Made by a program: the position numbers and the translations under genes
Source of the DNA: a virus
Lineage: Duplodnaviria; Caudoviricetes
DNA: 64,000 nucleotides
Strand: one strand, 5' to 3'
Virus record (IMG/VR): IMGVR_UViG_3300034073_002120
The notes under the pieces: model-generated
The model's input: the letters and a program-made list of their open reading frames with translations, nothing else
What the model was told of the DNA's origin: nothing
The model's database searches: none
In this document: piece after piece, positions 18,946 to 27,100 of the stretch
How positions within the stretch are numbered: position 1 is the first letter of the stretch
Layout of the letters: every line of letters begins with the position of its first letter

Positions 18946-19703
18946 CTTCTAACTAAAGTTAATCCGGTTGATGCTGGTTTATTTTTTTGAATTCCAAAAT
19001 TGAAAAGGTCAAATACTTCCCAATCTGAATTATCTTTAAGTTCTTTTGTGAATTTAATTGGGCCGTACCAATCATCAAAATCACCTCTATCTTTTACTTC
19101 ATCCGTAACGATGTAACTATCTGCATAATTTGGGTCGGTATCGTGAATTGAAATAATGGCGTTTGGAGAAAGTATTTGTGAATATAACTCAAAATCTTCT
19201 TTTACATTTTCATATGAATGTCCTGCATCTATATGTAAATAATCAATCTTAATATCGTTCAATACAAAGAAATTATGAAAGGCAGCTGCAGTTGTACTAC
19301 CAATAATACGTGGACAGAAAAAACGTCTAAAAAAAGATTCTTCTCTGAACCAATCTACATTACCTCCGATTCCATTCATTGCATCAACAACATAAGTAAC
19401 ACCAATATCACCCCAACTATAATCAGGGTTTCCATCAAATATTCCTTGTTGATGTAAATCGTATCTAGCTTGTGTCATTAATCTCGGAATAAATCCACCA
19501 CCACTACCTAAACATACACAAGTTTTTGCTCTCATATATTGTATAAGAGAATATACAATTAAACCGTCTCCCAAATGTAAATCAGTAGCACCATGTGACC
19601 AACGATATGGAACTGGCCTAACTTCTACTTCATGTGATTCGTTAAACTCCTGATTATTTGTCAGATTGTTTTTTAAGTATTCTAAATCTTGTAATGAAAC
19701 CAT
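18933..19703 (-). CDS. class I SAM-dependent methyltransferase (Methyltransf_24-like)
   Basis: VCLGSGGG, IDYLHIDAGHSYENVKEDF, IISIHDT. Confidence 0.85.
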   Translation of the reverse strand: MVSLQDLEYLKNNLTNNQEFNESHEVEVRPVPYRWSHGATDLHLGDGLIVYSLIQYMRAKTCVCLGSGGGFIPRLMTQARYDLHQQGIFDGNPDYSWGDIGVTYVVDAMNGIGGNVDWFREESFFRRFFCPRIIGSTTAAAFHNFFVLNDIKIDYLHIDAGHSYENVKEDFELYSQILSPNAIISIHDTDPNYADSYIVTDEVKDRGDFDDWYGPIKFTKELKDNSDWEVFDLFNFGIQKNKPASTGLTLVRRCQK

Positions 19704-19895
19704 AAACGAATTGTATTTTCCGAAATTACGGAGGTATGCTTAGATAAGCTTTATATAAAGTATAATATTAATAAAATAGTATAAGTTATAGTGTAGTAGT
19801 TAGTAGCTTTGTAGCTAATCCCCCTACCCCCTTTGTATATAAATATATAAAAATATACAAAACGTAAAAAAAAGTGAAAAAATAAATATTTGGAA

Positions 19896-20933
19896 TTATG
19901 ATAAAATTGCTGTACGGACTTTATCAATCCACTCCTCTTTATTATCAAATTTTTGCATATATTTTTTAAGATTTGACCAATTTTGGAATCGTTCTTCTTG
20001 TGAATCTTTTAATATTTGTTTTACACATTCATCGAACTCATTTTTAGTTGAAACTCTATATTTGTATTCAATTTCCGGTGCCCAATCTTTATTAATTATA
20101 GGTAATTTACCATAATCTACTGCCTGAAATATTGAATAACCAAATGGTTCTTTGAAATAAGCACCATGAAATATACCCCAATTTTTTAACATAAAAAAAT
20201 GATGAATAGTAGGGTCCCACTGAAATAAATCGATTCCATTTAACGAATATGTTGTAGTATCTCTTAAATTTTTTACATCAAATTGGTTAGTTAATACATA
20301 ACCTTTATGGTCATTCATCCAATGCAAACATTTACGTGATTCAGCACGAGATGCAAATCCAATTTTACCATTATCTATGTGAGTTGTAAGTGGTATATTA
20401 TTTTTGAATTCGTAAAAATTTGGAACGTTGTATGTGTAATTTGGAAATTCATCGATTAATTGAGTTTTATTATTTCCAATCCATATTCTTCGTTTAAATG
20501 TAGCTAGATATTCATCATAAAATTCTACATCTACTTTTGTTCCAAATTGTAATCGATTTATTTCTGGATTATTATCAATAACTTCTACCATTTCTCTAGC
20601 ATAAGCATGAACAAAAACTGTTCCAAATTTATCTTCCCAATGCCAAAGATGTGGACGATTGTGGTAATGTGGATGTAGAACATGAATTACTTCACTCTCT
20701 TCTAACCAACGATTTGTTTTTTCAGTATCATCGTAATGAAAATGAAATTGTAATCCTTTTGGTAAAGATTTTTCTTCAAAATTAATAGGTCTTTTAGAAT
20801 CGATTAATAATCTCCATTCCTTTTTTACAGGTAGAGTAGGCCAAACTAATTCTAAAAAATAATTAGTCCATATATCAGACCCACCTTGTATAGTGTTTCC
20901 TGCACCAGTTGTAACTAATAGTTTATACCCCAT
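19896..20933 (-). CDS. GT-B glycosyltransferase (GT4-like)
   Basis: GGSDIW N-terminal loop, IGFASRAESRK, EPFGYSIFQAVDYGKLPII. Confidence 0.75.
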   Translation of the reverse strand: MGYKLLVTTGAGNTIQGGSDIWTNYFLELVWPTLPVKKEWRLLIDSKRPINFEEKSLPKGLQFHFHYDDTEKTNRWLEESEVIHVLHPHYHNRPHLWHWEDKFGTVFVHAYAREMVEVIDNNPEINRLQFGTKVDVEFYDEYLATFKRRIWIGNNKTQLIDEFPNYTYNVPNFYEFKNNIPLTTHIDNGKIGFASRAESRKCLHWMNDHKGYVLTNQFDVKNLRDTTTYSLNGIDLFQWDPTIHHFFMLKNWGIFHGAYFKEPFGYSIFQAVDYGKLPIINKDWAPEIEYKYRVSTKNEFDECVKQILKDSQEERFQNWSNLKKYMQKFDNKEEWIDKVRTAILS

Positions 20934-20957
20934 ATATATAAATATATTATTTATACA

Positions 20958-21983
20958 TTATTCAAAAATAGCAGAAGCACAATTTCTACATATTGTATTA
21001 TATGATTCTTCCACTTTTTTTATATGCTCATCAGTTCCCCAAAAATCTTTTAATGTTTGTGTTTTAAAATCACCAAATTGTACTTCCATATCATAATCAT
21101 TGCAGCATAGAAATGCTTTACCTGCTGCATTTACATGAATCCATCCAACCGGTCTTCCACCAACCTCCCTACCATTACCACAGCCAATTACTTTTTTAGT
21201 CTCATCTCCTCCTTGTAAATTTCGTTTTATTGCTTTTTTATTAGTCATTATATTATCTAATAAACCGGCTCTATCAATTAAGGATGGCACATCGAATATT
21301 TGCAAACCAGGAAATAATTCTCTTGCTTTATTTGTTTGGGTTCGTAATTCACCGGTATTTGGGTCTAAATCCATATCGATGGGAAATTCTGGTCCTTTAT
21401 CTAACCAACCACCTCTATCACTAAAAGAATATTCGTTAGAACCATTTACCTGAATTGAAAATGATTTATTCTGAACCATGTCAGATAATTTTTCCATTGC
21501 GTATTTTACATTTGAAATTAGTTTATCAAATTGTTTAATATTAATGCCACTTCTCAAACTCCAAATATCAGGTTCAAATGCTGGAATATTCAAACATATA
21601 CCATTTACTACGCCCTTATATTTTACAATTAAATCTATTTTTTCGGAAGTCAAAGGAACTCCATTAGATAATACCATAAAACACAATCTATATTTCTGAC
21701 ATATTTTTAATAATTCTTCAAAATGTGGATATAATAAAATTTCATTATAATGTGCCGTATAAAATCCTCCAAAATTTTTGTGAACTAAGCCATCTGGTTT
21801 TTCTCTTTCATCTATTAGATTTTTAATTATTTTTTCTAATAATTCAGGACTCATCACTTCTTTACCATTTGTTGGATTACCTTTGTATTTTACCGGACAA
21901 AACCAACATTTTGCATTACATACTCCATATGGGTCTAATTGCATTTGATGGATTTTATAAGTTTGAAATTGCTCTTTTACCAT
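20958..21983 (-). CDS. radical SAM/SPASM protein
   Basis: CNAKCWFC, LSNG, C-terminal GKAFLCCND...CRNC. Start set at 21983 (TAATG overlap with upstream stop) rather than 22028. Confidence 0.85.
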   Translation of the reverse strand: MVKEQFQTYKIHQMQLDPYGVCNAKCWFCPVKYKGNPTNGKEVMSPELLEKIIKNLIDEREKPDGLVHKNFGGFYTAHYNEILLYPHFEELLKICQKYRLCFMVLSNGVPLTSEKIDLIVKYKGVVNGICLNIPAFEPDIWSLRSGINIKQFDKLISNVKYAMEKLSDMVQNKSFSIQVNGSNEYSFSDRGGWLDKGPEFPIDMDLDPNTGELRTQTNKARELFPGLQIFDVPSLIDRAGLLDNIMTNKKAIKRNLQGGDETKKVIGCGNGREVGGRPVGWIHVNAAGKAFLCCNDYDMEVQFGDFKTQTLKDFWGTDEHIKKVEESYNTICRNCASAIFE

Positions 21984-22960
21984 TATACTAATATTGATTT
22001 TTTTCCTACTTTTTGAATAAGTTGCCAATATTCATATGATGTAGTTCCTTCATTTATATTAATAGTTGCACCATATGGTAATTTATCCGTAAAATCTGAT
22101 TTATAAAATAATCCAGATGTTGAATTGACAACTCCTGCATTATGAAATATATTACATTCATCCCAAAGTTTATCTGCAGATGTACCCCAACTAAATTCTA
22201 AGTTTTCATGACAGATAGTTTCATATCCAAGTTTCCAACCATTCCACAAAACTGCCCACATATCTGCACACCATATTTGCAATGGATGATATGGAATTCG
22301 CTTTGGTGAATCAAGTGAATGGGTATGTCTATCTAATTGAATTTTTTCGTTATTTAATTCCGTTATATTGAAAAATAAATTTTCAGAATCGTCTTCTACT
22401 TTTTGCCAATAGTTTTCATCAATTCCCTTCATTATATATTGTGCCCCGATTGCGTTTAATTCGTTAGATTTGACTATCTCTTTATCTATGTCTACAATTT
22501 CACACATCTTATCTAATACATCTTCACCTTTACTGATAATGTAATCGTGTCCAATATACCAACGTGTATCACTACCATACCATTTTTCATCATCAATCAT
22601 TTCATCTGTAATCCATTCAGAAATTGGGTTTGTAAAAACTATATCACAATCATGATAGAAGATAGTTTCTTCTTTTAATTCTGGTCTATTTTTCCAATGC
22701 TGTTTTAATGCATTTGGTCTACTAGATGAAATATAATTTTTAGTTGTTCTAATATCATTATAAAAAAAGAATCTAACGTAATTATACTTTCCAGCTAGTT
22801 TAATCCATTCATCTGATATTAAGTCATTTTGTTTTATCCCAATAATATCTATATTATTTGGGTTTACTCCCATTTCTATAAAATTATGTATCATAACTTC
22901 AACCTGCCATGCGTAATAAAAAATAGCAGGTTGTGCACAAACAAAACGTAAATTTTTCAT
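21983..22960 (-). CDS. HPAT/SERGT-like (GT95/GT96-like) peptide O-glycosyltransferase
   Basis: YYAWQVEVMIHNF resembles plant HPAT Y..WQ..VM..F and SERGT YFDWQ...MHSF; also RPNALKQHW, YHDCD (DxD), CADMWAV. Confidence 0.6.
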   Translation of the reverse strand: MKNLRFVCAQPAIFYYAWQVEVMIHNFIEMGVNPNNIDIIGIKQNDLISDEWIKLAGKYNYVRFFFYNDIRTTKNYISSSRPNALKQHWKNRPELKEETIFYHDCDIVFTNPISEWITDEMIDDEKWYGSDTRWYIGHDYIISKGEDVLDKMCEIVDIDKEIVKSNELNAIGAQYIMKGIDENYWQKVEDDSENLFFNITELNNEKIQLDRHTHSLDSPKRIPYHPLQIWCADMWAVLWNGWKLGYETICHENLEFSWGTSADKLWDECNIFHNAGVVNSTSGLFYKSDFTDKLPYGATININEGTTSYEYWQLIQKVGKKSILV

Positions 22961-22972
22961 ATTTAATTATTT

Positions 22973-24151
22973 TTAAAGAATATCACATGCACCTCCTGAT
23001 GTGAAACGTCCACTTGAATTAATTGTTCCATATACTGCTCCATCTGAATATGTTGCTCCACCACCATCGAATGGTGAACCATCATAATTGTAGTAGAATC
23101 TACCACTTATCAATTCAGAATATAAATTTGAATATACTGTTGTACTATATGAACCATATTGTGCATCTGAACAAGCACTTCCACCTGAACCTGTACTACC
23201 TTGTGCAATATTAATTGAGTAATTCCATCCACTAGGTGCTTCAGTTGTTGTAGTAGTTGTAGTTGTAGTTGTTGCAGGTGCAACATAACAACTTAATGTA
23301 GTTGATTTTTCGGTATAATTACCAACACTATCCGTCAATCTAACCCACCAAGTTCCATCACTTAATGATGACCAATATTTAGATGATGCACCTCCTAATA
23401 TTTCAGGTTCTGCGTATGATAATGCAGCCTGAGAATCTGCAATTCTAACTTGACTATAAGAACCATTACCACCAGAGAAATTATATATCGTTACAGTGCC
23501 ATTGTAACCAGATGCATCTGGACAACTACTAGCTATTCCAAAATTAACTGCTGATAGTGTTGTAGTTGTTGTTGTAGTTGTTGTTGTAGTTGTTGTAGTA
23601 CATCCTGTAACTAATACACTTCTCATAGAAGTTCTACCACCATCATCTGCTAAAATAATATAATAAGTTTGACCGTTTGTTAAACCAGTAAAATCATAAT
23701 TTGATGTATTAAATGGAATAGTAATAGGACTACTTATAGAAGTATTTGCTTCAGTAGTTCCAATTTTAACATACGACCAACTATTATTACCACCACCAAA
23801 ATTATTTATTCGTATTGTACCTGTATCTCCGGTACATTCTAATAAAAATGCATTGAATGTAATTGCACCAAATGTTGTAGTAGTAGTTGTAGTAGTAGTT
23901 GTAGTTGTCGTAGTGGTAGTAGTAGTTGTAGGTGCAGCAGTAGTCGTTGTTGTAGTTGTTGGTGCGGTAGTAGTCGTTGTTGTAGTTGCACCACCTACAC
24001 TTCTTCCTCTAAACTCATCCATACCATGTGGTTTTGATGAAATACCATATGCAATTGCAGCAGTATCCATATCAATCTGAGCAGTAGCTGTTATTCCTCT
24101 ATCTGTATTAAAATCTCTAAATGATATTTCGCCGGTTGATGGAAGTGCCAT
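22973..24151 (-). CDS. Thr-rich mucin-like probable virion protein with two Cys-bounded beta modules
   Basis: N-terminal MALPSTGEISF typical of genes following phage tail fibres; three poly-Thr tracts; two SprB-like modules (C..GT..I.NF.GGN.S.S...L..G..Y/W...L.D..G). Confidence 0.75.
   Translation of the reverse strand: MALPSTGEISFRDFNTDRGITATAQIDMDTAAIAYGISSKPHGMDEFRGRSVGGATTTTTTTAPTTTTTTTAAPTTTTTTTTTTTTTTTTTTTFGAITFNAFLLECTGDTGTIRINNFGGGNNSWSYVKIGTTEANTSISSPITIPFNTSNYDFTGLTNGQTYYIILADDGGRTSMRSVLVTGCTTTTTTTTTTTTTTLSAVNFGIASSCPDASGYNGTVTIYNFSGGNGSYSQVRIADSQAALSYAEPEILGGASSKYWSSLSDGTWWVRLTDSVGNYTEKSTTLSCYVAPATTTTTTTTTTEAPSGWNYSINIAQGSTGSGGSACSDAQYGSYSTTVYSNLYSELISGRFYYNYDGSPFDGGGATYSDGAVYGTINSSGRFTSGGACDIL
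23873..23986 (-). repeat. poly-Thr (ACN)n coding tract with TTTTTTTAP repeats
   Basis: About 38 codons, mostly Thr; degenerate third positions indicate selection at the protein level. Confidence 0.9.
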
Positions 24152-27100
24152 TACTTATCTTTTTTTAATTCGTCAATTTCGTTTTTAAGTTGTTTAACCG
24201 ATTCAATTAAAAGAGGAACTAATTTTTCATATCTAACTCCTAAATATCCACCATTCATCGTATTAACAATTTCAGGAAATACAGCTTGAACTTCTTGTGC
24301 AACCACACCTACATCATGTCCTGTAAATATTGTTTGATTATTATTCCAATCAAACTCATATCCATTTAATTGTGTTAGTTTATCAATAGGATTTTCTATA
24401 AGTGTTAAATTATCTTTTAATCGTTTATCCGAAGATACATATGCAGTAATATTACCATCACATCCAATAGCACCAGAAACAAACAATTGATATGTTGAAG
24501 TATTATCTCTTGGTATTAATACCTTTCTATTAGCTGCAGAAACTACCTGAATACCTCCGGCATTAATTTCCGTAAATTCTTCCGATATAGCTAAAGACAT
24601 ACCAGATACATTAGGAGTTCTAATAGAGAGATATTGAGTCATACTATATGGATAACCAGTGGTGCTTCCGGCAGCTGAAAATGTTGCTATAGAAATACCA
24701 ACCGATATATAATATGTACCAGATTCTACTACAAAGTTGAAGGTACCTGAATTATTTGAAGTTAAATTGACAGTGCTACCATTATTATTACCACCACTAT
24801 CATTAAACGTTTTTGTTACGTTACCGGATGGAGTGTGTAAAGTTATAGAAACAGTAACAGTTCCACTCATTCCATACAAACTTACATTAGTTGTAGAAGC
24901 ATATGCAGATGCATACCAATATCCACTTTGTGGTGTTAGTGTATATGCTAATGTAGCAGTTTGTCCTATAACCGAACTCCATGAACTATTACTTACTTGA
25001 GTATATCCATAACCAGTGTATCCACTTAAACTAGCAGCAATATAGTTAGTTTGTGTTGGACCATTTGATGTAGATGCTACGAATGAAGTTGCTATTGATG
25101 TTGTTGCAAGTGTAGGAGTTGATATAGATGGTTGTGTAAATGATGCATCGTTAGATATAGTTACACGAGTTTCATTTGTGGATGCATCATTTAATTTTAT
25201 GCTAGGTTCAAGTGAATTCAACACTAAATAATTTGCTGACATAGCTCCAGCACCAATTGTAAATCCACCAATATTACCACCGGTTGCATTAATAGTTCCA
25301 ACGAAATTACCGCCTGATGCGAATAAATTACCTGCAGTATCTACTGAAAAATTTTGTCCTATTTGAAAACTACCACCTGTTACTGTTACATTTGAAGCAA
25401 CCACTGCCCCTGCAGGACTTACTTTGAATGGTGCTGCTGCATAAGATGCATTTCCTAAGTAAATTCCATCTGGATCTGCTTTGAAAATATTATCACCACT
25501 ACCGATTGAAATTGTACCACCACTTAAAGCACCTGTAAATGTTCCACTTGCCCCACTTAATGCTCCGGTAAATGTACCACCACCATTTATACTCAATGCA
25601 GACCCATTCCAAGTTACGTTTCCATTTCCTAAACTAAACGTTCCATCTGAATACCAATAATCATTTGAATCGATGTAAATACCATCAGATGTTCCATTTA
25701 CATCATTTCCCAAACTCATTCCACCTGCAGTAATCTTACCAGCAAATGTTCCACCTGCAGCAGATAAGTTTCCACTAAATGTACCACCACCTGTAATTGA
25801 AAGATTTGTTCCATCCCACAATAATGAGTTTGATGCACTTTTTAGAGAAAGTTTTCCACTCGTTCCATCACTACCAATCCACGCACCAGTTTGGTCATAA
25901 CCTTTGGTTGCTTGACCAATGGAAATATATGGTGAGGTTGTACCACCGGCAATAGTAATATTAGCATTACCTGATGTGTTAGTTCCAACGTTTATAGTTT
26001 CCTTAACATAAGATTCTCTAAATATGGCAATTTCAGCTGCTACAAAATAAGAATCAGTTCCTAATGATTCCCAAAACGCAGTTTGAGTATCTGGTTGTTT
26101 ATTTAAGTTCGTAGTTGCGTTTGGTAATGTTGCATAATAAGTTCCACTATATAAAACAGCATCTCTACGAGTCGGATAATCATCAGTATCGTAATAAGTT
26201 GTAGTAGAACTCCACGGCCCCCTAAATACAACACCCGGTCCATCCGCACCATCTGTTCCATCAGTTCCGTCAGTTCCATCAGTTCCGTCAGTTCCATTCG
26301 TACCATCAATTGTTACACTAACTCTATGAACTTTTGTAATTGTACCAGATGTTCCTTCCGAATTTACATATGTTATTGTTAAAGAAACTGTTGTTCCGGC
26401 ATCAGTTGTTGGTGTTGTTGGAGTAATTGTTCCACTTGAATTAGAACCACCTGTAATTGCAGAAACATAATAAGTATTTATTGCACCACCAGTTGAATAT
26501 GAATAGTTAGAACCTCCCTCATTCACCGATGTTGTAAATGTAGATGGTGTTCCATATGTACCTGTATTTGATTTTGTAATCGATTGTGCATCATTTGATA
26601 AAAGAGCAATCACAATCGGAGCAGGTCTTTTTGCTTTTGTGTAAGTTACAATTTTTGTTACATCGGTTGTATCACCTGCACCATCTTTATATCTAACTAA
26701 TAAACTTAATGAACCACTATCTTTTGTTAAAGATGTAATACCATACGTTGCATCATCTGGAGTTGTATCATTTGCAACAACATTTGTTTCAGTTGCAGAA
26801 ATAATATCAAAACGATTATTTGTAGATAAACCTTCTTCTCTTGTTATATCTTCACCTCCAACTTTCACACTTACCGAACCACTTGTCAATACAAATGAAC
26901 CACTCTCAACAAATCCAGTCGATTTAGCAGGAAGAGTTGCGTTTTCATTTGTAAGAGTTACTGATAATCCATCTAATATTTTTACAGGTGTAATTTTAAT
27001 GAAATCAGAATAATTTATTCCATAATTATCCGATGCAGTAAATGAATATACTACCTCACCTGTTCCATATGAAAAAGTAGAACCACTTAAAAAATAAGTA

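Noticed and set aside
19751-19948. 65-aa minus-strand ORF in the long intergenic region
   Set aside because: Overlaps the GT4 3' end, spans a promoter-like motif, and has low-complexity I/F/Y composition; more likely non-coding.
23853-24080. Plus-strand poly-Val ORF
   Set aside because: It is the antisense shadow of the poly-Thr codons; no independent start signals.
26238-26307. Short periodic repeat considered as a CRISPR array or VNTR
   Set aside because: The 9-bp period is in frame and encodes collagen-like GTD; there are no spacers.
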